DNA of 64,000 nucleotides from Lama guanicoe (GCA_013239625.1 MU054187.1:5653757-5717756); one strand, 5' to 3'. Shown: positions 1 to 13,171, counted from the stretch's first letter. Made by a program: numbers and translations. The notes: generated by a model not told the origin, from the sequence alone.

Positions 1-2229
1 ATTACAATGGATATTAAGAGCACATATCAAACTCATAATTTTAGGTTCCAAAGAAAAGATAGAGAGGTAGCTGATAGAGGGAAATTCAGCTTTATATTTA
101 ACGTATTTTTTAACAAATACCATCAGAAAAAGAATTGAAATCAAAACATATTTTCAAATGTTCACAAAATGCAACAATAGAATCTCCAGTGGTTAAAATC
201 TGCCAGACAAACTTCAGATGAGAAGGGACAGACAGTACAGCCCAGCTCTGCTCCCGAGAAACATGCTTTTCTTTCCAACTCGACTTCAACAACCGCCCCA
301 CAAGCCCCAGTGGGGAAGGGGGAGGATGTTATTCCTCCTTTACACTGGCTCAAACAATATTATTTTTTGAACTATCTGCACCATGACTAATTTTTTAAAT
401 CTCAGAGAAAACTTTGTGCCGGGAGATCGCAAAGAGAAAATAAATCCAGTACGGTGATTCTGAGCGACGTGGCTCAGAGCTCAGATGCCCTGGCATTCCC
501 ACTGAGCCAAACTGCCCTCCCACTCTTCCTGCTTTCCCTCTGGTCCAGCTGAAGAAGTGTCGCTGCCACAAAACAATCCAACCCATCCACTTGTGTTTGA
601 ATCCTATCTCCTTTCGCCTTGTCAAGGTCTCTCTTCTGCAGAAGAGTGACTCCTGTGTGGTTTGCTGTATTAGGGGAGGGAGTGGCTGCTCTGTCCCTGA
701 TAGGAAGGCAATTTACCATCCCCTGCAACACGCACCCCATACCCACAGGAAAGTCTGCAGAACAGCGGGCAGATTTTTGTTGCTTCTTCATTTTCACTGA
801 AAAATTGAGTGAAGTCATGTGTTTTTTTTTTAACTTACGTGATGAAAATTATTTTCCAAATCATCCCCTACTGAATAGTAAAGGCAGAATCATTCTGGAA
901 AGACTGATCTATAAATATTGCTAACATAAACATATCCACTTGTAGGTATTAACAGCAGTCTCTTTTCTCGTGGGCCAGATGCTACAAATAAAACAGTATG
1001 GATGGGCAACATGCCCCTTCTGTCCCAACAAAGCCCAGATCATCCTTTAATCAACAAGTTGCTGTGCTTTTAAAAGAGCTTTCTTTTTTCTGAAAGAGAA
1101 AACTAGCGACATCTCTTCCAGTTAATTATCTCTTCTCTTCGTAATTGGGAAGAGGATTTAAAATCAAGCATAACAAAAATTTGACCTCAGTTCAAAACAG
1201 AAACCTTGGGCAATTGTTAAACAGTGTGGCTTTTTGAGCAGTTAATACTATTTTCATCCTCATAAAATTCCAACTCTGTCAAACAAGGAAGGTGGCAAAA
1301 GCCAAGAAATACATATCCTACCACTTTCACTTTTATGATTTTGGAAACCATTAAATAACTGAAGAAAATTGAAATGCAGCCAAGTAGGAGAGAAAATGGG
1401 ACTCTGTCTTTAAGCTAGGGAGAAAAACAAAACCCAATCATTCCAAATGTATTGCTTTAGTCGTCTGGTTTCATTCTATTAATGACCTTTAACATCTGCA
1501 AAAATATTGTGAAAGCTAATTTTGTTTGTACTGAGGTGGTGCAGAACAGTTTCTGGCTGTCACTCTAGGATGTGCTATAAAATAAAATTGTCTTTCTGGG
1601 AGTCTGACAAAAACCTACTGTACAGATCCAGTTTATTTACAACATCTAGGAATGAAAAGAAAACAGAGTTTTACAACATGCCAACATGCGAAAAATGAGT
1701 GGTACTTACCCATTTGTTTGTGTCTGTTAGCAACACCACATACAGATATCTCCCAAAATTAAAGATTTTTTAATAATATTTTATGGCATTCAACAAAATT
1801 CTAACCAGCAAAACTATTTCTCAATAAATGTTATGCTGTGAAAATATGAGAACGTGTTATTCAACAGAATATGTTTTGATTTACTGCAGGAGCGCTTTAG
1901 AAAGGCGGAATGGCCTCATTTCCTCATTTTGACAAGCCTTATGTTTCTGTTAATTAAGTAGAAATCTTGGAAAAGAGGTAGTGTCATCAGGGTTAATGTA
2001 CTGACTTTACATCCTTAGAGTACAAGGTTAAAAATACACCACGTAGCCATCAAAAAGAATAAATCTAATCATGCTGGCCTTGTCCTTAAACTCGCTCATT
2101 CTCAACTGCACTATCCAATTTTGTGAATGATTTGTGCATCCTGCATCAAATGTCTGGGCCTGAAGAGTGCGGGACTTTCATGGTTCAGGAGTTTGATGAG
2201 CATCACTGAGCCAGCTCAGGGACTATCGA

Positions 2230-2960
2230 ACAGTGGATCTCAAAGCTGGACCAGGCCTTGCAGTCATCCGGCCAACGTTCCCATCTGATGATTAAGTCTT
2301 CCTGACAACAGTCCTGCCATGAGGCCAAACAATGGTGCTTGATCACTTCTAATAAAAGAGAATTCACTACCTTCTAAGGCAGCATGCTATTTTGAGAAAG
2401 CTTGGCCTTCAGAAAGTTGTCAAAACATTAAATTGAGATATTTTTCCTGGAAGATCCCCCCACCACCACCTCAGGACCGCGGAGAATTCTTTCCTACATC
2501 ATCATCCTTCATACATTCAAAAACAGGTAAAATCTCGTTGCATAACAACACATGACCTATGGCTTGTGTTAAGCTTCACTTACGTGAAGGGGTTTTGTTA
2601 TTTATACATAGATAGAAAGGATGAGGATGGACAGATGGAGAGATGATAGGTAGGTAGGTACACTTCCACAGACATCCTGAAAAATGATCAGCAATTTGCA
2701 AAAGACTATGGCACTTGTCTTGCCAGGGCATCAAGTTTTTGGTAATAAAGCCATCATTTGGCAGACTCGTCACGGTGTTTACCCCACCGAGCTTACCAGC
2801 TCAGCCAAAATTGCTAAGTCTTTCACAAGAGTTCCTCCTAAGCTTATCTGCTGAATTTGGAATGATCATTTTCAGGACCTAACCCAAAACTTCACATCAT
2901 GTCTTTGAAGTTTGATATTATTCAGCTGACCTATAATTTCAATATGTTCTGTCTTGCACA
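2230..2960 (-). mobile_element. Ancient L3/CR1 LINE 3' fragments (degenerate, interrupted by a GATA/GGAT-type simple repeat near 2610-2660)
   Basis: GAATTCACTACCTTCTAAGGCAGC, CAGAAAGTTGTC and TCCTTCATACATTCAAAAACAG resemble the reverse strand of the L3 ORF2 end as I recall it, in the expected order; boundaries approximate. Confidence 0.6.
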
Positions 2961-4549
2961 GAGCCACAAGCAAAAATACCAAGCCTTTCTAGATAGTCAT
3001 TCATCTCCATTACTCAGCACACCGTCAAAACCACCCAAAGGCTGAGGAAGGAAACTTCACCTTCCCATTTGTATTTACATAAGAGCTTTATCTTCTTGTC
3101 TAAGTCAATTTGACCTTGGCCTCCTAACTGTGGTCATAATGGAGGAAGTTTCAGACTTGCGCTAATGGTACCAAATAAATACCTGATGGGACAGAATTCT
3201 CTCTATGAGTGGGGAGAGGCAATGATCTATAAACAATCTTCAAGTCAGTTGACCTGGTTTCAAGATGGATAAAGTTTCCTTTTAACCTTTCCTTTCCAGT
3301 TGCCTGTTCTCACCCCACTCAGTTACCAGATCCCAACCCTTTTGCAGCAGCATAATGAATGGACTTTGGAGTGATGTATTTTCTTTTCATCTTTGAGTAT
3401 GTACAGTTTCATAATGGGCCATCTGTCATTCTGTGATTCCGTGCAGGCAACAATGCCCTAAAGTTTTGTCGTCATGGCAACCACGCCAAAGTCTCCAAAG
3501 CAAACTCTGAAGTCACTCCTAGTCTCAGATTCTGTGCAGCATGGGATGGGGGTAGGGGCCAACGTTTCAGAAACTTGTTACCTGTCTACAATTAACGCTC
3601 AATCTACTACATCTCAAATTTCAATGAAATAGGTTATGAAATCATTTAAAAGAAGGAGAGGCAAAATTGTCTTCGGTAGCTGTGATTTATTTTATTTTAG
3701 GTTAGTTTTGTTAGAGAGAAATTGTCTTGGTTTGAATTCTGGAAAGATATGCGCATGGAGCAATCAAACCCTCCTTTTCACTTTGCTGAAGACCAGTTTT
3801 AGAAGAGACAAGGAAAAATTCAGCTTATCGTTCACATTCTTGTCTCCTATCTCACAGTGTTCCGGTGCGTCTGGGCCACATTCTAGAGGATAAAGAACCG
3901 AGTGTATACCGTGAAGGGGGGGGAAGCCCAGTTTTTAATCTCGATTTACTTAATTTCTTTCCTTTGTAGACTATCTTTTATTTATCTTTCACTTCTTTTC
4001 TACCCGGAGGCATGGAAATGATTCATTTTCTCTCCCTTTTATTTGCAGTCCTTAACAGCTTTCACAGAAGGTATGTCCACGTGGTGCTGAGTATAATGTT
4101 TCATAGGGAAGTAAGTCAGAGCTTTTCATTCTTCCTTCTACTATTTAATGTCTTTTAAGCACTATACAGCTGTTTCTTTTTTTTTTTTAATTAAGAAACT
4201 GAGATTTGATCTGTTTCAGTTTCTTAATCAGGAAACAAGTCATCAGGGTAGGAGGAGGCAAGGAAAGAAGTTGTGAACATATTGGTCAGGGGCCACTGAA
4301 AACATCTGGGCAAAGAGTAGAAGCAGAGGCAGTAGGAATGAAGAGAAAGATACTGGCTGCAGAAAGTATCTCAGGGTATTCATTCATTCACCCAACAATA
4401 CGGTAGGCTCTGTCCACTTTGCTACTGGAGAAGGAAGGCAGAAATGGGTAAATATGACCCCAGCACTCAGGGTACAGGAAGTCGACTCTCTCCTTAGCAG
4501 GAACAATAGACACCACTATTCGATACGGTAATTTAGCAGTATATATATA

Positions 4550-4780
4550 TTTTTTGAAGTATAATTTTATTTCACTTTTGTTACATATTATACACACTCA
4601 TTATTCACAATGATGAAAAAGAAAGAAAACATATTTTAAAAATACTAATAGTCTCACCACGTAAAGATAATCATTCTTAAATTTTGGCATACGTTTTTCT
4701 AGCTTTTCTCAGCTATGTAACCTAGCTGTGTAATACATATATATAAATTTATATATGTTTATGTTATCGTGGAAAATACT
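4550..4780 (-). mobile_element. Old L1 (L1ME-like) 3' fragment
   Basis: AT-rich CTCACCACGTAAAGATAATCATTCTTAAATTTTGG resembles the L1ME motif CCCACCACCCAGAGATAACCACTGTTAACATTTTGG. Confidence 0.4.
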
Positions 4781-5580
4781 TACTAGTCTGTGCAAGTTGG
4801 TCTTGATAAACTATTGGTTACTTGTCACAGTAAATTATCGGGATTTTCATTGCAATAGTATTTCCCCACACATGTCAAAATCTGGAAGCAGTGTGCCTTT
4901 TTCAAATTATAATTTAGTGTTTTTTCCCCTCAACCCTCAAAACACAGAAATAGGTTTTTGAATGTCAACTAGCCATTTATGGAAGTCGTAAGACACAGAT
5001 ATTCATTAACACTACATTAGCTTTTTCACTTTTGAATTACTTCCTTAAAATATATTCCCAGCAAGCAGAATTAATATTTCTGGCACGTAAAAAATAAAAT
5101 TGTACCAACGCATGGGGCACCAACTGACGTTTCACACCAGTTAATTATGAGACTTTTTGGCATTTTTTGTTTTGTTGTTTTGTGGGTAAGTACTCGAATC
5201 AGGTGCCCAGCTAAATCCTTCTGGGGGTCACCTGGGGTCTGCACTTCCTCGGACTCCTTGTCGTCGGTCACCTATACCTCAGTCTCGCTCCCTCTCTCAG
5301 TCAGCTCACTTAGAGAGTCGCAGTATTTCATCTCCTAGAGGCTCTTCATAAACATCCTAGGAAAGCTCCTTCAAGCGCGGCGGAATCGGGGGGCTCCTCT
5401 GGTGAGGACTGATGGGGTTCTAATACGCTCGGTCCTCTGTTCTTTTAGCCCAATTTAATCTTCGTACTTTCAGTGTTCGGCCCCCAGTCCATTTTCCCTG
5501 ATGGTCTGATATCACAATCCAGCCTTCTTAATAAAGATGCATCCCCAGCAGTGAACCTGTGCTTAATAAAATAAAGGTGA

Positions 5581-5951
5581 TGTTACGGACTGAATGTGTT
5601 GCCTCAAAAGCCATACTTTGAAGCCCCAGCCCAGTGTGACTGCATTTGGAAATGGGGCCTTTAAGGAGGTAATCAAGGTTAAACAAGGGCATAAGGCGGG
5701 GCCCTAATCTAATAGGATGGCTGTCCTTCTAAGAAGAGGAAGGGGCACCAGGAGTGCCTGCCTGTGGAGAAAAGCAACGGCAACGTGAAGACAGTGGGGA
5801 GGCGGCCGTCTGCAAACCAAGGAGAAGCTCCTGACCAGAAACCAGCCCTGCCAGGCCTGGGATCTTGGACTTCCAGACCAAGAAAGTAAATTTCTGTTTT
5901 TAAGCCAGTCAGTCTGTAATGTTCTGTTTGGCAGGCGGAGCAGACGAATGC
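5581..5951 (+). mobile_element. MaLR solo LTR, MLT1A/MLT1B-like
   Basis: Begins TGTTACGGACTGAATG; contains GGGCCCTAATCTAATAGGATGGCTGTCCTTCTAAGAAGAGGAA, GATCTTGGACTTCCAG and AAATTTCTGTTTTTAAGCCAGTCAGTCTGT; ends in CA; ~370 bp. Confidence 0.85.
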
Positions 5952-6874
5952 AGATGGGTAAATCTCTGCCCTCCAGGGATTTACAGCCTAGATATGACAA
6001 AAATCTTTAATCCACTTTGCTTCAAACCTCATAAACTCAGACCACGCAACAGCAGCACAACCACAGTCCTCTTCCAGGTGGAACTTCTGCACAACTTGGC
6101 GATCTCATCCCACCTTAAACTCACGCAGGTAATTCAGGATATTACCACGTTCTGCTATGGTATAAAAAATGTGCTGGAAAACCTAGCTCCTCTGGACACC
6201 GTGTAGTAAGCTTCTCATTCGTGGCCAGCTGTGGTCACGTGAGTTCCCTTCAATTCTCTAATGTTCGCTGATACCACCGCACGGAAAGTAAGGGCCAGCA
6301 CCAAGGCCCCTGGGTCTCGGAGATGACCTCTTTATGGCTGACTAAATGCCAGGGAGAGAGCTCTTTGCCCCAGTTGTGCCATCAACACTTCAGTAGTCTC
6401 TCACTGAAGTAGAAAAATATTTTCAGCCCAGTAACATCATGGTCTGCTGCCAAAGACACAAAAAACATCTTGACATTTGCCTTCAGTATAGATCAGAGAT
6501 TTTCCTGACACACCCCAGTTGTTTTTATAAGCTATTTTCCCAGGTCTCGGGTAAAGTCCCTGGGGAGCTGATCTAGGGGATCCTTTGAGAAAAGTCACAC
6601 TGAATATTGCCTCTTTGACCAAGTGCGCCTCCTTGACTTCCATCACCCAGAGACACGTTCCTTTCCTTGAATCTCCTGGAACACTCATGAAAACAGATGC
6701 TTGGGGTGCTGGCCCCATATTCCTCTAAAGGAGCCTGGGCACATCGGACCCCAGAACATGCACATTTGGGGTCCTGCTCCAGAACACCTACTGCATGAAG
6801 TATATACGCAGAGGAAATCTATGCAGTACAGAAGGGCAATACATAAGTGGTAAAACTGAACGGAAATTTTTACA

Positions 6875-7095
6875 GAACACTTATCATGTATCCTGGCTCG
6901 AATGCTTCGCCTGTATTTGATCATGCAATACTCACAACTTCCCTACATGAGAGATACGGTTGCTCTGATCCACAAAAGGCAAAAATGAAGGGGAGATATG
7001 GTACCCAGCTCATCCAAAGGGAACGGCAAAACCAGCTTTCATACTCAGGCTTGTTGATTATGGAGGCTACGCTCTTAACCTGCACATTGTGCTTG
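6875..7095 (-). mobile_element. MIR SINE (degenerate)
   Basis: ATACTCACAACTTCCCTACATGAG...GCTCTTAACC matches the antisense MIR core. Confidence 0.55.
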
Positions 7096-8698
7096 GCATG
7101 GGTTAAAGATTTATTTTGAGAAGTTCAATAGAATAAGAAACTGGTGTTTCTTACGGTAATGATCTGTTGAGGAGATACAACTTAAAACGGCCCTTAAAGG
7201 AGGGGTCAAGTACTAAGATACAGAGACTTAAGATAAAGTATGAAGGCTTAGAGAAGATTCAGATTAAAATCCTTGAAGAAGATGGGATTCCAAGGGATTT
7301 TCTAAGTGATGTTAAAGGAACTGAGAACTTCCAGTTTTGTGAACAAGAAGTTGATACAATCACATTATAAAGGTATTCTTTCATGAAGGGCACTTCCCCA
7401 GAGGGTGAGAAACAGCAAAGTACATAAGCTAACACATTAGAGATTTCAGACTTCCATAGTGATGAAATGAAGTGTTGAAGTAACAAAATGTTTTACCAAG
7501 AAAGATGACCATGTTGTTTTCAAGGGTCTAAGCAGAACAGGCATTCTCTAATCTCGTGGAGACCTGGAAAGTCTCTCCACTGCGATGGTGGGGTTGTCCA
7601 ACCCCACTTTCTAGCTGAGCAAGTGGTATGCAGGTCTAATTCTGTCCGTATAGGCAGATATGCTTCCTCATTAAAAGTGGAGATGTAAAACGGGCGAGTC
7701 TGTTCTAAAAAGGTCTCTTTGGAGTATCATGCACCTGAAATCTTCAAGTGATGTTAACAGTATATTTTTGTGTATGTATACAAGTGTGTATGCTGCATGC
7801 TTGTATATATGTATTTATGTGTATGTGTGTGCAATTGAAAAAAATCACAAATTTCTCTTTTCACATTCTTTTACGTGGATAGCATGGTTTAAAGATGATA
7901 GGAGCTAGGTAGGCGCTAGTCACTGGCAAAGGCGTCTCTCTCCTTGGAAGTGCATGACTGAGGTAGGGAATGGTGAGCAGTACGAGACAGCAGTTGACCT
8001 TTCTACCTGGCTCTGCATTCGAAAGGAGGACAAGAAAGGCTGTTGAACACATTCATCTCCCTGCCTCTGTTACTTGAAGTGGGTAATCAGCTTAACACTA
8101 CAAGGATGGTGTTGAATGCATGCTGATTTTCCTTTGGTATTGATTGCTGTGCTTTGCCATCCTGTTCTCATTACTGTGCACCAAGGCACCACCTGGCACC
8201 ATTGTCTATTTTAACTACGCACACATCAGGTGATCATTCTTTTTGCAGGTTTTCTTTTCATTGTATATAGTTGCCAATACATATGCCTAGAACATAAGAC
8301 ATGGCTTATTGGCTTAAGTAACATAGTTCATATTTTAAAGTACTGTTTGATAACAATGATACAGTTTCAGACAGAAGTTTTCTCTGAAATTCAAGAGCTG
8401 ATTTTTCTAGACTGCATTTTTTTTTCAAGTTTCTTCTAAGAAAAGTGTTGTTTCTCATTTTAGGTGACACTTCGGTTCCTCGACAGATAAAGGTAAAAAT
8501 ATAAGTTGTAGGTGCATCGTGGCTCATGTTATTTGCATAAATATCTGTATATGAGCAACCAGAATATGTATATATGCTTCTTGAATAACAATTATAATGA
8601 GAATTATCATTGTCAGTTTTCATAAAGAAACATTTGCATAAATGGGACCCCTGTGTCCACTCACCCACTAGTCTACAGGCACCAGGCAGGCGACAGGT

Positions 8699-8748
8699 GG
8701 CTCCCGGGTAATCAGCAAAGCTTGGCTCCCGGGTAATCAGCAAAGCTT
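8699..8748. repeat. Perfect 25-bp tandem duplication
   Basis: GGCTCCCGGGTAATCAGCAAAGCTT at 8699-8723 and again at 8724-8748. Confidence 0.95.
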
Positions 8749-9655
8749 GTTCCCTGCCTTTGGGGCACCCGCGATCCAGGCATCCCTTTTGCAGCTCCAG
8801 CACCTGAATTACTCACACAGAGAGTGTCTACCAGCCTTGTCACTATCCTTGTGAGCAGTGCCCATCAAGTCAATCCAATCAAAGCTCTACCCCAAACAAT
8901 TCCCTGCCTTCGGTGTTAAGTGCAGGAGGGCAGCAGCCTTCTCTGCTCCTCTAGCTCAGATTCTGTAAAAGGATCATCTGTGCTGCCTGCCCAGAGTCTG
9001 CTAGTCTGAGAAAGTCCATCGGTCCAACTTAGTATTTTTTTGGACAATGAACCAGTGAGAGCCAAGGCCCAGAGTATCCTGAGAGCCCCCAATCCCAACT
9101 TTTACTAAACATCAGGGCCCAAGGTTAGTCTATGTCTCCCTGCCTGCTATCTAATGTGCTTGGGACCACAGGCACAGACCTTCCACCTCTCCCCCAGTAC
9201 ACCCATGCTCATGTGAAGTCTGAAGGTTCACATCTACCTTGATGCTTCATAATTTGCCAGGTTGGTCCCCCAAGCAGCCTCACTGCACTGCCCTGGCTTA
9301 GCGCCCAGACCCCACCATGCTTTCCTCCCGTGACAATCCACCTTTTCCATGACAGTCACTTATGGTAAGTCCCCTCTTCGCCCAAGACCGCCAGCTCTTC
9401 AGCTGATGGCAGATGTCCTCACATGGAAACTGGTCTTCAGAAATTCCTCAACCAGAAAATGTGGCAATTGCTTCTTCAGAGAGAAACCGGAAGGTATGAA
9501 CCTCTCCGGAGATGTGCACTTTACTTCAAGACTGAAAGGATGTCCAATTTAAAAACAGTGTCTGCAGGGATGAGTTACAGCTTGGGAACTATTGCTATGC
9601 CTTCTAAACTAGGTGAAATACACTCGTTGTTGATGTATCTAATCAATCTAAAACA

Positions 9656-9747
9656 GGGGGTGGCATATAGCTCCGTGGTAGGGTGTGTGCTTGGCAGACA
9701 TGAGGTCCTGGGTTCAATCCCCAGCACCTCCACTGAAAAAAAAAAAA
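9656..9747 (+). mobile_element. tRNA-derived SINE, camelid Vic-1-like (short form)
   Basis: A-box-like TAGCTCCGTGG, B-box GGTTCAATCC, then CCAGCACCTCCA and an A tail. Confidence 0.85.
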
Positions 9748-10919
9748 GAACTTTATTGAGATAAAAATGGAGATATTTAAGAAAGGACTCTCACTGGTTG
9801 GTGCTTACTGACTACAGTAATGCTTATTACCCTGGGCTCTCTTCCAACACGGTGTGACCTGCTGACTGCTCTAAAAGAATAATTTCTTATGCAAAGGAAG
9901 AAGCTAGTTTTAAAGGAAAAGTTTCACACTATACATCCCTTCCCCCAAAACACATCTACACGCAATTATTTCAATTCTCTTAGGATTTGGCCAGGACATG
10001 ATATTTAGAGTTTCAAGTAAGCTAATACTATTATTCTCCATTGCTTTATGTTCAAGACTAGTACAGCCAATGAATTGAGTGATTTTTATTTTCAAAAAAA
10101 AATTGGGGCACCTTGGAGATTTGCAGACATTTATCATTTTTCTTCTCTCATAACACGGAAATGGATTTTTTAGTATTCAATTCTCTTATTTTTCTCTACA
10201 TGACTTGTAGGCTTCCAACCAACCTATAACTACTAAAGAAGCAATGAGGAAGGTGAAGTTTCACAGAAGGCCCCATCTTGATCAGCAGGACCATGGCACT
10301 TTCTGAATTGTTGGTATTCATTTGGTGCTTCCAGTAGACCAAGAACTAGAAATTTGGGTTGCAAAGTGCGTTGAAAGAAAAAAATAATGACTAGAAGGCA
10401 GTGAAAAAGATGTTGCAATGGGCCTCCTCTCATTTGCCTTCTCTCCTCAAGGCAAAGAAGGAGATCTTTGGGTTTCCCTGTAGCTCTGACCTAGATTCGT
10501 CCTGCCCCTTTCCCATCAAATTACCACGGCACCGGGGCAGAGATTCACTGAGGTCAGCACTGCGCTTTTGCCCACGGTGAGTGGTGTGTGTTATCACATC
10601 AGCACAGTTAGCTGCAGAGGAGGCGCCGGGATACAGGAAGCCAAATCTTGAGATTTCTTTCTTCAAGAACCTCCCATCAGATACTATCACTTATTATCTG
10701 GTTAATTTATACTATTCATCTTGCTGAAACAAAACCATGGCCAGGGTTTATCACTGACATCTCTTTGACCAGCCTCGCTTCCACCATCAAATCAGTGTCA
10801 ACGCACGGAGTGACAATGCACCCAGCCTCATCGGAAAGCCTTCTCTCACGTGGTCTTGTAGCATTGGTTTATTTCCCTTTCCTCTCCCCACCTCCACTTT
10901 TTCCTCAGATTCAAGAGGT

Positions 10920-11090
10920 AGGTTCACGTCCTGGTTATGTCTCTTATTAGCCGTGTGAACTTGTACACATCACTTATAATACTGAGTTTCTGTTTTCGGG
11001 TGAGAAAAATGAAGAAAAAAATGCTTGCTTCACAGAGCTGTTATGGGAATCAAATAAGATATTTCTATGCGAAAGTACTTTGTGAAGCAT
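10920..11090 (+). mobile_element. MIR SINE
   Basis: CCGTGTGAACTTGTACACATCACTT...CTTCACAGAGCTGTTATGGGAATCAAATAAGAT...GAAAGTACTTTG follows the MIR core order. Confidence 0.6.
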
Positions 11091-13152
11091 ACAGAATATG
11101 TACTCACCTCCTACAACCGGGGCTACTTCCTCAAATGTGTAGGCATCCTCTTTCCTGTCCTATATCAAAATACCCCTAGTAAACCACATCTTTAGTAGAA
11201 TTCATGGGACCTGTATTTGTTCCCTGATAAATGAGCTGCCTGTTAGCATGTACCACGGGGGCCAAGTAGCTATTTTTCCTATGTTCAGAATTTTTTATAC
11301 TCTCTACTTATTTTTATTAAGCAAGTCTCTCTCCCAGAATCAAAGTTAACATATTCAAAAGCAGTTACTATGTCTTACACTTTGGTCCTGTAGTAAACAG
11401 AGCTCTGGGTTCCGTCATAACCAGATTAAGTCTTCACTTGGATTAGTAACAATGCCGTTGGAAGATGTAAAAAAAAAAAAAAAAACTAGAAGCCAGGAGT
11501 TTGAAGAGGAATACTGTTATTGTGCTTTATAAAATGAGAGATGCATTTTGGAGAGTAAAGGGTCCAATCGTTCCCCGGCTGGCGTTACCATGCCAGCCCA
11601 TCGCTGCCTCTTGTTGCTATTAGCCTCTCATAATGTAAAACATTTCTTCATTTCCAGCAGATAATACTTTCCGTGAAAAGGTAATTTTTGAAGTCTATTA
11701 CTTGCATTCTTAGTGAAGAGCACGATGCGGCATTTTGTTCTAACATGGTATTGAAATTGTTTGAGTAGGTACACCACGGAATCAAATACAAAATGTCAAA
11801 ATGGTTTCCATTAACTATGCACATTTGCACCGCTTCAGTTAATGGCCGTGTTTTTGTTCTTCCCCTTCATCTTTGCATCTGTAAGATGAAATGATTCAAT
11901 TGATGTAACTGAAAAGTACATTGAAAAGGTAGAGAGCAAATCACAAAAGCATCACAATTCCACCCACGTACTTTACTTTATAATGAAGTTTACTAATGGT
12001 AGGAACTGTCGCCAGACTTAAACATCAGTCATTTCAGCAATTGTAGTTAATGTGAATATCTCCTACCGAGCAATGTTTTACAAAAACATGGCAAGGATCG
12101 TGTATTATATTGAACTGAGATGTCATAATGAAATCTTAACTAGGAGCTATTATTGTAATATATATTATGTTAAGAGAAATTTACTTCAACTTGGAAAGAT
12201 GAGCATTATTTCTTTCAACATCCTAAGTTCAGATAAAACCATTTTACTTGGAAGAAAGTTTTTTTTCCTTTCTAGACTTAGCAAGAGCACAAATAAACAC
12301 CCACTACTCATTCCAAAAGGTGTTGTGTTTATGTATCTGGGGGATAAATACACAAAGAAAATAGAATTATTTTTCTTTGATGAAAAGTTAACGCTAGAAA
12401 GAAATTTGTGGTTCATACACAGTATATGTTTTTAAGCCCCGAATGTATTTGAGTTGTTGCTTTAATCTATCTTGGGAGAGAAGAGATCTTCCCAGTGGCA
12501 AAACCCTAAACCCAAACCTACGCAACTTCAGTCACAAGGTGGTAGAGCCCAGGGCAGTGAGACGCCTGGGCCAGGTGGCCCTGCCTGCTGAGTCATTAGC
12601 AGCAGCCTTACTGCCTTCCTTCCTGAAAGTACCAGTTCCCGTCGGTGACGGCAAATCAGGCACCGTAACATCAAATGAGATCAGCACCTGAAAACTCTCT
12701 CATTTTCCACTGCCCACCCCACTCACAGCAGCCTCTGCCCACATCAGAGGTGCTTAGCAAACCTCTGAGGGGACTGGGGGACATTTCACAACCTCGTACC
12801 CCCACGATGAGGGAAGAAGCGAGTTTTCATCGCTGAGCATCACGTCCTCTCTTCCCTCCTCTAACAGAAAAGATGAGATGAGAGGCAGTCGGCTTCCCAT
12901 AGCACTGCCTCTGCCCAGAGTCCACAGCAGCGCCAGAGAGGTGAGGAGGAAAGAGTAACTGGCCACGGGATTCTTGTCCTCTGCACACATTCGGGTCGCG
13001 GTCCCCACATTCACCTCACAGAAGTTTTCCTTAGTAGTTCTGGTTCCCAGGAGTTCTCTGTGCTTATGTGTGCATTTTCATATTTTAACAGTTTCAAAAA
13101 TGCTGCCAGATGAAGCCATGAGATTCCATGAAACATCCAGAACAATTAGTCT

Positions 13153-13171
13153 TTGCCACCAGATGGCAGTG
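13153..13171 (+). promoter_or_regulatory. Candidate CTCF binding site
   Basis: TTGCCACCAGATGGCAGTG closely fits the CTCF core CCACYAGRKGGCRSY; binding itself is not shown. Confidence 0.6.

Noticed and set aside
5070..5560. Possible ERV leader (GGGTAAGT donor, mild CpG enrichment)
   Set aside because: No convincing primer-binding site, upstream LTR or gag similarity.
8306..8803. Longest ORF in the window (165 aa)
   Set aside because: It crosses the 25-bp duplication and AT-rich DNA, has a non-ATG start and shows no recognisable motif.
9656..9747. Functional tRNA gene (also 47457 and 63874)
   Set aside because: The copies diverge from each other, have A-rich tails and show no clean acceptor stem, which fits SINEs.
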